64,000 bases of DNA. Origin: Gammaproteobacteria bacterium. Its GTDB lineage: Bacteria > Pseudomonadota > Gammaproteobacteria > Steroidobacterales > Rariloculaceae. Positions 8,684 to 16,257 of the stretch are shown one piece after another (within the stretch, counting starts at the first letter, position 1; every line of letters begins with the position of its first letter). The position numbers were made by a program, and so were the translations under genes. The stretch is taken from contig DASQOL010000146.1 in assembly GCA_035644475.1 (NCBI GenBank), positions 10,957-74,956 on the forward strand. Reading direction: 5' to 3'. The notes beneath the pieces are model-generated. The model did no database searches and had not been told where the DNA came from. It saw only the letters and a program-made list of their open reading frames with translations.

Positions 8684-9744
8684 CCTGCCGCAGGCGCGGC
8701 GAGTCCCGAGTGTTCGGGCAGCCCGAGCAATCGATTCGCCCATTGGATGCTGCCGCCCGCCGCACCCTTGAGCAAGTTGTCGGCCACCGAGCAGACGACG
8801 AGCGTGTCGCCTTCGACGGCGGCATGCAGGAACGCGTAGTTGCTCGCGACGATGTCCTTTACGCGCGGCGGCTCGCTCGACACCTTCACGAACGTCGAGC
8901 CGCGATAGAACTCCGCGAGCGCCTCTTGCGCTTGCGCGGCCGTGAGCCGCTCCTTCAGGCGCGCGAAGATCGTCGCGTGGATGCCGCGCGCGAATGGGCC
9001 CGAGTGCGGCACGAAGCTCAAGCGTGCGTTGCGGCCGGTCGCGTTCTTGATGAGCTCGCGCACTTCCGGATCGTGGCGGTGCTTCAGCACCTGGTACGCG
9101 AACAGGTTGCTCTGGCGCACGGGGTGATGAGTCGTCTCGCGCGGCGTGCGGCCGGCGCCCGTGCTGCCGGTGACGGCGCTCACGTAGAAGTCGTCGGCGA
9201 GGCTCGCGAATGGCACGATGCCGAGCAGCATCGTCGTAGCGAAGCAGCCCGGATGCGCCGCGTGCGGCGTGTCGATCTCGGCGAGGTGCTCGGGCACCGC
9301 GCAGGTGAACTTCGGCAACAGATGCGGCGTCGCGTGCGGATGGCCGTAGACCTCGGCGAATGCCTCGCTCGTCGCGAAGCGGAAGTCCGCCGACGCGTCG
9401 ACGACCGTCATCTGGACGTCCGCGCCCGCCGCCGCGTTCAGCAGCCGGTCGACGAGCTGCGCCGACGCGCCGTGCGGCGCGGCCGACAGCACGAGCCAGT
9501 GCGGCGCCTCCCCAAGGCGCTCGACGGTCGCGTCGAGCGAGACGAACGTCTCCCCGGGGAAAATCGGCGCGAGGTGGCCGAACGTCTTGCCGATCGGCTC
9601 GCCGGCCTGGCTCGTCGACACCACGCCGCCGATCGTGAGGCTCGGATGCCCGGCGATCAGGCGCAGGAACTCGCCCGCGACGTAGCCCGAGCCGCCCAAC
9701 ACGATCGTCGGATAGACGTTGGGGGGATAGATCGCGGCGCTCAT
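8674..9744 (-). CDS. argC: N-acetyl-gamma-glutamyl-phosphate reductase
   Basis: Internal ATG of the 433-aa track ORF, starting MSAAIYPP. It has the NAD-binding IVLGGSGYVAGEF and the catalytic HPGCFAT. ATGA overlap with the upstream gene. Confidence 0.9.
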   Translation of the reverse strand: MSAAIYPPNVYPTIVLGGSGYVAGEFLRLIAGHPSLTIGGVVSTSQAGEPIGKTFGHLAPIFPGETFVSLDATVERLGEAPHWLVLSAAPHGASAQLVDRLLNAAAGADVQMTVVDASADFRFATSEAFAEVYGHPHATPHLLPKFTCAVPEHLAEIDTPHAAHPGCFATTMLLGIVPFASLADDFYVSAVTGSTGAGRTPRETTHHPVRQSNLFAYQVLKHRHDPEVRELIKNATGRNARLSFVPHSGPFARGIHATIFARLKERLTAAQAQEALAEFYRGSTFVKVSSEPPRVKDIVASNYAFLHAAVEGDTLVVCSVADNLLKGAAGGSIQWANRLLGLPEHSGLAAPAAGWL

Positions 9745-10820
9745 GCGTTGACCTTTGCGAGCCGGCCGCCGAGCCCGATGCTCTGCTGGAGCAGATCGCC
9801 GAGCTCCGCCGAATGCGTCATGGCGTTGACCGCGGCGACGTTCGACCGCTCGCGGATGATGTCGATGCCGACCTGGTTGTCGGTGGCCGGCCCCGAGATC
9901 ACGGTGGGCTCGATGCCGAACTCCTCGCGGAGCAGCTTCGCGCCGCCCCAGGCGCCAACCGGGTCGTTGGCGCAAAGCACGACGGACGTCAGCGCGTCGA
10001 CGATCTGCTTGTCGCGCAGGATCGCCTCCACGCCGTACGCGCCGAGCAGGCCGTCGCCGAGCTCGAACACGATCGCGTCGGGCTTTTCGTCGGAGAGCTC
10101 GTTCAAGAGGCTCCGCGTGAGCGCCGGCGCGTTCTTCGACGTCGTGGCGCAGATGCCGAAGTCGGAGAACATCGCGACGTGGCGCGCGCCCGAGTCTTCC
10201 ATGGCCAAGATGTCGCGGCGCAGCGCGACGCCCGTAGACTTGAACGCGTCGACAATGAGCCCGTTATGGCGGAAGCGGCTCACGATCGCGCACGCGGCCG
10301 CGGTCTTGCCGGAGTTCATGCAGGTGCCGGCGATGGCGACGACCGGCACGCCGTGCGTGTCGAGCGGCACGTCGAGCTTGAGCGGCTCGTTGGAGACCCG
10401 CGCGGGCACGCCCACGCGCTGACCGAGGTACGGGAAGTCGAGCACGCAGCCCAAGACCTTGCAGTCGAACGGCTCGCCGTGCGACGGACTGATCGAGTCG
10501 CAGATGCCGATCACGCCGCCGAGATTCAACAACTGCACGACGTCGCCGGGCTTGAGCTCGGTCGGCAGGTGGCCCGAGTAGCCGAACAGCGCCTTACGGT
10601 GCCCGAGCGCGCCGACGACGATGTCGCCCTTCTTCACCTCGGCCATGCGGCCGCTCGTGAGCTCGAGCGTGTTGTAGCGCGACTTGTTGTTGAGCACCTC
10701 GATCGCGATCAGCACCCCCTCCTCGCAGGGAATCTCGGGGCTGACGCGGATCTCTTGGCCGAGATCGGCCGCGAGCGCGACCGACGCGATCTTGTCGACG
10801 GTGACCGAGCGCATTGTCAC
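9741..10820 (-). CDS. uncharacterised P-loop protein embedded in arg operon
   Basis: 359-aa ORF with high GC3. It has a Walker-A-like GTCMNSGKT (res 165-173) followed by DAFKSTG, as in BioD/CobQ-type ATPases. I recognise no motif in the N-terminal ~150 aa. Start and stop overlap argG and argC. Confidence 0.8.
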   Translation of the reverse strand: MTMRSVTVDKIASVALAADLGQEIRVSPEIPCEEGVLIAIEVLNNKSRYNTLELTSGRMAEVKKGDIVVGALGHRKALFGYSGHLPTELKPGDVVQLLNLGGVIGICDSISPSHGEPFDCKVLGCVLDFPYLGQRVGVPARVSNEPLKLDVPLDTHGVPVVAIAGTCMNSGKTAAACAIVSRFRHNGLIVDAFKSTGVALRRDILAMEDSGARHVAMFSDFGICATTSKNAPALTRSLLNELSDEKPDAIVFELGDGLLGAYGVEAILRDKQIVDALTSVVLCANDPVGAWGGAKLLREEFGIEPTVISGPATDNQVGIDIIRERSNVAAVNAMTHSAELGDLLQQSIGLGGRLAKVNA

Positions 10821-12022
10821 TGTCCTCCGGCCCGGGTGTGGAACATGCCGGGCAACGCCATGATCTTAGAGAAGCCGAGAGCGTCGGCCGCGGTCCACTC
10901 GCCGGCCGCCTCGCCGTACTTGCCGCGGCTCGCGGCCATCAGCGAATGCGGCGACGTGACGCCGAGCACGAACAGCGAGCCGGGCCGGAGCTGCACGCGG
11001 GCCGTGCCCGTTACGCGCGCCTGCGACGACACGTACAGGGCCTCCACGTCGCGGCACGCGGGGTCGAGCTGCTTGCCCTCGTGGATCAGCTGGCCGTACT
11101 CGGCGCTCACGAGCTCCTTGACGCGCGATTGCGTGAGCGTGAGCGTGAGCTTCTCGAGCTCTCGGTGCGCGCTGATGAGGATCTCGGCGGCGGGCGCCTC
11201 GAATGCGACGCGGCCCTTCGTGCCGATGATCGTGTCGCCCAAATGGATGCCGCGGCCGATGCCGTAGGCGGCGCCGAGACTCTCGAGCTTCTCGATGAGC
11301 GCGACCGTGTCGAGCTTCTGGCCGTTCAAGCCGACGGGCACGCCCTTGGCGAACTCGATGTCCACTTCGCTGAACGACTTCGGGTTATCGAGCGCGCCGG
11401 CCGAGAGTACCCACGCGGACTCGGGGATGCTGCCCTTGGAGTCGAGCGTCTCGGTGCCGCCGATGGTCACGCCCCAAAGCCCGCGGTTGGTGGAGTACGC
11501 CGAGCCGCGCGTCGGCACGGGCATCTCGCGCTCCTCGAGGAACTTCACCTGCGCGGGCCGCTGCCACGCGTGGTCCCGGACCGGCGCCAGGATCGTGAGC
11601 TCGGGCGCGACGGCTTTGAGCACGATCTCGAACCGCACCTGGTCGTTGCCCGCGGCCGTGCAGCCATGCGCGACCGTGTCGCTGCCGAGCTCCTTCGCGA
11701 GCTGCGCCAAGTACTTCGCCTGCAAGCCGCGCTCGGCGCCCACACACAGCGGGTATAGGTTGCCGCGCTTGATGTTCCCCATGATCAGGAACTTGAGCAC
11801 CCGGTCGAAGAACTCGGGCCGCGCCTCGACGAGCCGATGGTCGGCGGCGCCCAGCGCGCGCGCGCGCTCGTCGAGCTGCTTCGCGGCGGCCGCGTCGATG
11901 CCGCCGCAGTTGACCGTGACCGTGACGACGGGACGCTTGTACGTCTCCTTGAGCCACGGAATGCAGAACGAGGTGTCGAGGCCGCCCGAAAAGGCGAGCA
12001 CGATGGGCTTGGACGAGGTCAT
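10817..12022 (-). CDS. argG: argininosuccinate synthase
   Basis: Internal ATG of the 703-aa track ORF, starting MTSSKPIVLAFSGGLDTS (ATP pyrophosphatase motif). It also has AHGCTAAGNDQVRFE. 401 aa. Confidence 0.95.
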   Translation of the reverse strand: MTSSKPIVLAFSGGLDTSFCIPWLKETYKRPVVTVTVNCGGIDAAAAKQLDERARALGAADHRLVEARPEFFDRVLKFLIMGNIKRGNLYPLCVGAERGLQAKYLAQLAKELGSDTVAHGCTAAGNDQVRFEIVLKAVAPELTILAPVRDHAWQRPAQVKFLEEREMPVPTRGSAYSTNRGLWGVTIGGTETLDSKGSIPESAWVLSAGALDNPKSFSEVDIEFAKGVPVGLNGQKLDTVALIEKLESLGAAYGIGRGIHLGDTIIGTKGRVAFEAPAAEILISAHRELEKLTLTLTQSRVKELVSAEYGQLIHEGKQLDPACRDVEALYVSSQARVTGTARVQLRPGSLFVLGVTSPHSLMAASRGKYGEAAGEWTAADALGFSKIMALPGMFHTRAGGQ

Positions 12023-12483
12023 GGCGTTGCCTTCTTCAGATGTTGACGCAGCCGGCCGCGAAGCCGGCGCTGTTGAGTCGACCCCACGGTCGCGACGAAG
12101 ATCGTGTCGTCGCCCGACAGCGTGCCGACGATCTCGGGCCAGTTGACGTGATCGAGGGCGACGGCGACCTGCTGCGCGGCGCCCACCGCCGTCGTGACCA
12201 CGAGCAGATTGGGGCCGGCCGTGCGGATCTCGCGCACGAACTCGGCCACGGACTGCAGCGCCTGCGCGTTGCCTTGCTCGCTCGGCTTCGGCAAGCTGTA
12301 ACCGTTCTTCAGCTTCGCCGCGCCAAGATCGCGCAAATCTCTGCTGACGCTCGACTGGGTGGCGGGAAAACCTTCCTGCCGCAGCAGCTCGACGAGCTCC
12401 GCCTGACGGCTGATCGCGTGCGCTTCGAGCAAGCGGGCAATGGCTCGCCGGCGCTCGTGCTGTTCCAGGGTCGCGCTGGGCAT
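12019..12483 (-). CDS. argR: arginine repressor ArgR
   Basis: 154 aa. Winged-helix N-terminus QAELVELLRQEGFPATQSSVSRDLRDLG and C-terminal oligomerisation domain GTLSGDDTIFV. The stop overlaps the argG ATG. Confidence 0.9.
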   Translation of the reverse strand: MPSATLEQHERRRAIARLLEAHAISRQAELVELLRQEGFPATQSSVSRDLRDLGAAKLKNGYSLPKPSEQGNAQALQSVAEFVREIRTAGPNLLVVTTAVGAAQQVAVALDHVNWPEIVGTLSGDDTIFVATVGSTQQRRLRGRLRQHLKKATP

Positions 12484-12504
12484 GGCTGCAGGGGTTGAAT
12501 AAAG

Positions 12505-12532
12505 TTGCGCATATAGTAACTGCTATGCGCAA
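12505..12532. promoter_or_regulatory. perfect 9-bp inverted repeat, candidate ArgR operator
   Basis: TTGCGCATA-N10-TATGCGCAA lies 22 nt upstream of the argR ATG, in the divergent argR/esterase promoter region. The GCATA/TATGC half-sites are reminiscent of ARG boxes. Confidence 0.4.
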
Positions 12533-12553
12533 ATCTGCAAGGGGCTGCCGCGC

Positions 12554-13231
12554 ATGACCGAAACGACGCTCGCGACCGTCGAAGTCGAGACCGGACCGAT
12601 GCCGCGGCTCGCTGTGATTTGGCTGCACGGGCTCGGCGCCGACGGCCACGATTTCGAGCCGATCGTGCCGCAACTCGGCGGTGCCGGTGCCGTTCGGTAC
12701 GTGTTCCCCCACGCGCCGCATCGCAGCGTCACCGTCAACGGCGGTTACGTGATGCGCGCTTGGTACGACATCCTCGGCTTCGAGGCGACGGCGCAGGAGG
12801 ACGCGGCCGGTATCCGCGCGAGCGCGGCGGCCGTGACGAAACTCGTCGACCGCGAGATCGGCCGCGGCGTGCCCGCCGAGCGGATCGTGCTCGCGGGATT
12901 CTCGCAAGGCGGAGCGATCGCGCTGCACACGGCGCTCCGCGATCCGCGCACGCTAGGCGGCGTGCTCGCGCTCTCGACGTATCTGCCGCTCGCGGCGACG
13001 CTCGCGAGCGAGCGGAGCGCGGCGAATGCCGGCGTGCCGATCTTCATGGCCCATGGCAGCGCGGACGCGGTGCTGCCGCTTACGCTCGCGGAGCGGTCGA
13101 GGCGAACGCTCGAAGGGCTCGGGTACACCGTCGATTGGCAGGTCTACCCGATGCCGCACGCCGTCTGCCAGGCCGAGATCGAGGCCATCGACCGGTGGCT
13201 CGCGCGGATCGGGGCCAACTCGCCGTCCTAG
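12554..13231 (+). CDS. carboxylesterase/phospholipase family alpha/beta hydrolase
   Basis: 225 aa. Motifs are LHGLGADG, nucleophile elbow GFSQGG, and the late MAHGSADAVLP and H of the triad. Confidence 0.85.
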   Translation: MTETTLATVEVETGPMPRLAVIWLHGLGADGHDFEPIVPQLGGAGAVRYVFPHAPHRSVTVNGGYVMRAWYDILGFEATAQEDAAGIRASAAAVTKLVDREIGRGVPAERIVLAGFSQGGAIALHTALRDPRTLGGVLALSTYLPLAATLASERSAANAGVPIFMAHGSADAVLPLTLAERSRRTLEGLGYTVDWQVYPMPHAVCQAEIEAIDRWLARIGANSPS

Positions 13232-13956
13232 CCCGGCGCGATCCGGAACCTCTCCCGGACCTCGGACGTGAGCCGCGCGGCGGCGTCGAACGACCGTTCG
13301 GCGAAGGTGACCTCGCCGGCCGCGTCGATCGTGACCACGGTGGACGAGCGCGTACCGTAGACGGGTCCCTCGATGAAGTGCGCGCTTCGATACCGGTCCG
13401 CGGCCGGCCCGGTGCCGCGGCGGGCGAGCAGCTCGAACAGCGCCTCGCTCGGCGCGGCGCTCGTGAGCAGCGCCTCGGCGCCGGCGCGCGCGGTGAGCAT
13501 CTTCGGCCAGTCGGCCCCGAGCGCGGCGTTGCTGAGCGCGTGCACTCCGGGCGCGAGGCGGGCCCGCGGCCCGCGGTTGCTCAGGTAACGAAGCTCGCGG
13601 CCGTCGAACAGCAAGAGGTTGAACGGCCCGTATTCGCGCTCGAGCGGCGCGGTTGCGGCCTCGTACTCGTCGATCGAGGCGGTGCCGGCGAGGAAGTCGG
13701 CGGTGAGCGCGCCGCGCGACCGGCTCTTGGATCCCTGCTCCGGGTCGCGGAAATTGGTCACCGCGGCGAGGCGGCCGCTCCGGTCGATCGCGAGCCAGCT
13801 GCCGTGCGCCTCGAGATCGCGGCCGCCGAGCACGCCCGGCAGGTCCTGCCACCAGGCCGCGTGCGCGGTCGGCCGATCGTGGCGCTCGTCGCGATTGGCC
13901 GCGACGAGCAGCCGATAGTGCGCCGCCACGCCCCACGCGACCACGGCGAGGCACAC
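13228..13956 (-). CDS. NRDE family (TANGO2-like) protein
   Basis: A GTG start gives an (M)CLAVVAW N-terminus with the conserved Cys2, followed by the VAANRDE motif. 242 aa. Lies 4 nt downstream of the FlhC-like gene. Confidence 0.8.
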   Translation of the reverse strand: MCLAVVAWGVAAHYRLLVAANRDERHDRPTAHAAWWQDLPGVLGGRDLEAHGSWLAIDRSGRLAAVTNFRDPEQGSKSRSRGALTADFLAGTASIDEYEAATAPLEREYGPFNLLLFDGRELRYLSNRGPRARLAPGVHALSNAALGADWPKMLTARAGAEALLTSAAPSEALFELLARRGTGPAADRYRSAHFIEGPVYGTRSSTVVTIDAAGEVTFAERSFDAAARLTSEVRERFRIAPG

Positions 13957-13960
13957 GGCG

Positions 13961-14539
13961 CTATCCCGCGGCGGAAGCGAGCGCGTAGCCCGCGTCGCGC
14001 TGCTGGAACAGCAGGCACGCCGGGCACGCCGAGCGCGGCAGCGACAGTAGGTCGAATACGTAGCAGATCGAGCAGGTTTCGCAGCGTGCGATGCCGAGCT
14101 CGTCGCCGCGCCGGATGCAGAGTAGGAGATTCCAGCCCCACTCGAAGGACAAGAGGCCGCGCGGCACGAGCGAGTCGTACGTCTCGAAGCACTCGCAGAA
14201 CCGATGGCCGAGATCGGTGCTCCCCTTGAGGTTTGGGCCGGGCGGTTGCTCGATCGAGAACAGGCCGTTCGCGAGCAGCAAGTTGGCGAACAGGCCCGAC
14301 TCGAGGGCGCGCACCGGTGTGCGTACGAGCGGCCCCACGCGCGTCGGCGAGCGGCCGCGCCGGCGCCGCACGGGCGCTTCGGCAAACTTGAAGTAGGTGG
14401 TGTAGAGCTTGCGAATTCGATCGTCGTTAAGGCCGGTCCAGTAGCGGATGGTTCCGGTCCGCGCTTCGTGGCGGATCATCCGCATGGCGAGGTCGAATTT
14501 CGCCTGCTCGGTGCGATAGCGATCGTCCGTTGCCCGCAT
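13961..14539 (-). CDS. FlhC-like transcriptional regulator (non-flagellar context)
   Basis: 192 aa. The N-terminus FDLAMRMIRHEARTGTI..RIRKLY parallels E. coli FlhC IQLAMELITLGARLQML..RLIKLY. A C-terminal Cys cluster CETCSIC...CPAC parallels the FlhC zinc site. Strong Shine-Dalgarno AAGGGGGGGAG. Confidence 0.7.
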   Translation of the reverse strand: MRATDDRYRTEQAKFDLAMRMIRHEARTGTIRYWTGLNDDRIRKLYTTYFKFAEAPVRRRRGRSPTRVGPLVRTPVRALESGLFANLLLANGLFSIEQPPGPNLKGSTDLGHRFCECFETYDSLVPRGLLSFEWGWNLLLCIRRGDELGIARCETCSICYVFDLLSLPRSACPACLLFQQRDAGYALASAAG

Positions 14540-14578
14540 CTCCCCCCCTTTCTTCTCACTTCATGAACATTCGAGAGC

Positions 14579-14599
14579 TTAGCGTACATTTGCCGCTAA
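14579..14599. promoter_or_regulatory. inverted repeat in divergent FlhC-like/FlhD-like promoter region
   Basis: TTAGCG-N9-CGCTAA sits in the relatively AT-rich 79-nt spacer between the two divergent genes. Confidence 0.3.
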
Positions 14600-14618
14600 T
14601 GGTATTTTAGGACCATAT

Positions 14619-15230
14619 GTGGCAAAAACCACCGAAAAAGGCACCCCGATGACCGACCGCAAGCAGGGTCTCGATCAGCTCGAGCAGATCCAAGAGCTCA
14701 ACAGATTGTTTCTCGCATTTCTGCGGTCGTCGGCGCGCGACGGCCTCGACTGCCTTGGGCTGCCGGACCGCGCGAGGACCGTGCTGCTCGCCACTAAGCA
14801 GGACGCGCTCGACGTGCTGGCGGAGTTTCCGCGTGCGCTGTTTCGCCTCGCGTTCGACGAGCGCGTGCCGGCGCTCGCCATCGATCCGCTGCGCAGCCGC
14901 CACGACGGCGAACGCTACGCGCTGTCGCTGACGATTCTGCTATGCGCGTGGACGTTGAGTCGGCAGAGCGTCTACCAGGCGCGCTTGCTGCTCGGCCTCG
15001 AGTCGCGGGCGATGCAGCAGCTGCGGGCGATGCAGTTGGGAGCGATCCAGCACCTGGCGCATGCGCCGCATCTCGTGCTCTGCGCGTTTCCCGATCGGCC
15101 GTGGCTGTGGCCGCAGCTGCTCGTGGAGACTCGCCCCGAAGGCCGCCAATATCTCGCGCTGATCGCGCTGCAGCCGGGCATCGACAAGGACTGGCCGGCG
15201 AGCCGCACGCCGGCCCGGCTCTCGCTCTGA
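14619..15230 (+). CDS. tandem double FlhD-like domain protein
   Basis: 203 aa. Residues 46-80 (LGLPDRARTVLLATKQDALDVLAEFPRALFRLAFD) and 125-159 (LGLESRAMQQLRAMQLGAIQHLAHAPHLVLCAFPD) align without gaps at 12/35 identity. Both resemble E. coli FlhD [35 protein letters not shown]. Alternative ATG at 14649. Confidence 0.65.
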   Translation: MAKTTEKGTPMTDRKQGLDQLEQIQELNRLFLAFLRSSARDGLDCLGLPDRARTVLLATKQDALDVLAEFPRALFRLAFDERVPALAIDPLRSRHDGERYALSLTILLCAWTLSRQSVYQARLLLGLESRAMQQLRAMQLGAIQHLAHAPHLVLCAFPDRPWLWPQLLVETRPEGRQYLALIALQPGIDKDWPASRTPARLSL

Positions 15231-15330
15231 CCGCGGGCCGCGGCGCCGACCGCGCGCCCGACCGCGCATTTCCACTCGCCGCCCTTACAATAGCGGCCCC
15301 GAGGAAGCACTGACTCGTTGCGGTGGGCGA

Positions 15331-16257
15331 ATGGCGGCACTGGTCATCAAGGATCTCAAGAAGGTCTATCGCAACGGCGTCGAGGCGCTCAAGGGCATCG
15401 ACCTCACGGTTCGCGAGGGCGACTTCTTCGCGCTGCTCGGCCCCAACGGCGCCGGTAAGACCACGGCCATCGGCATCGTCACCTCGTTGATCAAGAAGAC
15501 GAGCGGGTCGGTCAGCGTCTTCGGTTACGACCTCGAGCGCGACCGCGAGGCGGCAAAATCCTGCGTCGGCGTCGTGCCGCAGGAAATCAATCTCAACATG
15601 TTCGAGCGCAACGACTACACGCTGATCAACCAGGCGGGTTACTACGGCGTGCCGCAGCACATCGCGCGCGCGCGGACCGAGAAGTACCTGAAGGCGCTGC
15701 ACCTCTGGGACAAGCGCGAGGGCATTGCGCGCACGCTGTCGGGCGGCATGAAGCGCCGCCTCATGATCGCGCGCTCACTCGTCCACGAGCCGCGCCTCCT
15801 GATCTTGGACGAGCCCACGGCCGGCGTCGACATCGAGATCCGGCGCTCGATGTGGGACTTCATGCGCGAGATCAACGCGGCCGGCGTCACGATCATTCTC
15901 ACGACTCACTACCTCGAAGAGGCCGAGAGCCTCTGCCGCAACATCGCGATCATCGACGACGGCCGGATCATCGAGAACGACAGCATGAAGAACGTGATCA
16001 GCAAGCTCCAGGTCGAATCCTTCGTCCTGAGCTTGCAGGAGCCGGTCAGCGAGGCGCCGGCGCTCAACGGCTATACCGTACGCCTGCGCAACGAGCACGA
16101 GATCGAGGTCGACGTCACGAAGGGACAGGGCTTGAATCAAGTGTTCGCCGAGCTTTCGGCGCAGTCTCTGCATGTCGCGAGCATGCGGACCAAGACCAAT
16201 CGCCTCGAGGAGCTGTTCATACGGCTCGTCGAGGACAAACCTGTGCACGCGCAATGA
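15331..16257 (+). CDS. yadG: ABC transporter ATP-binding protein YadG
   Basis: 308 aa. Walker A GPNGAGKTT, signature LSGGMKRR, Walker B LLILDEPT. Near-colinear with E. coli YadG as I recall it. Confidence 0.9.
   Translation: MAALVIKDLKKVYRNGVEALKGIDLTVREGDFFALLGPNGAGKTTAIGIVTSLIKKTSGSVSVFGYDLERDREAAKSCVGVVPQEINLNMFERNDYTLINQAGYYGVPQHIARARTEKYLKALHLWDKREGIARTLSGGMKRRLMIARSLVHEPRLLILDEPTAGVDIEIRRSMWDFMREINAAGVTIILTTHYLEEAESLCRNIAIIDDGRIIENDSMKNVISKLQVESFVLSLQEPVSEAPALNGYTVRLRNEHEIEVDVTKGQGLNQVFAELSAQSLHVASMRTKTNRLEELFIRLVEDKPVHAQ

Noticed and set aside
13228-15230. Possibility that the FlhC/FlhD-like genes mark an integrative conjugative element, since SetC/SetD-type activators are FlhCD-like.
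   Set aside because: No integrase, relaxase, T4SS gene, tRNA gene or flanking direct repeat occurs anywhere nearby. The flanking genes are housekeeping and base composition is uniform by eye.
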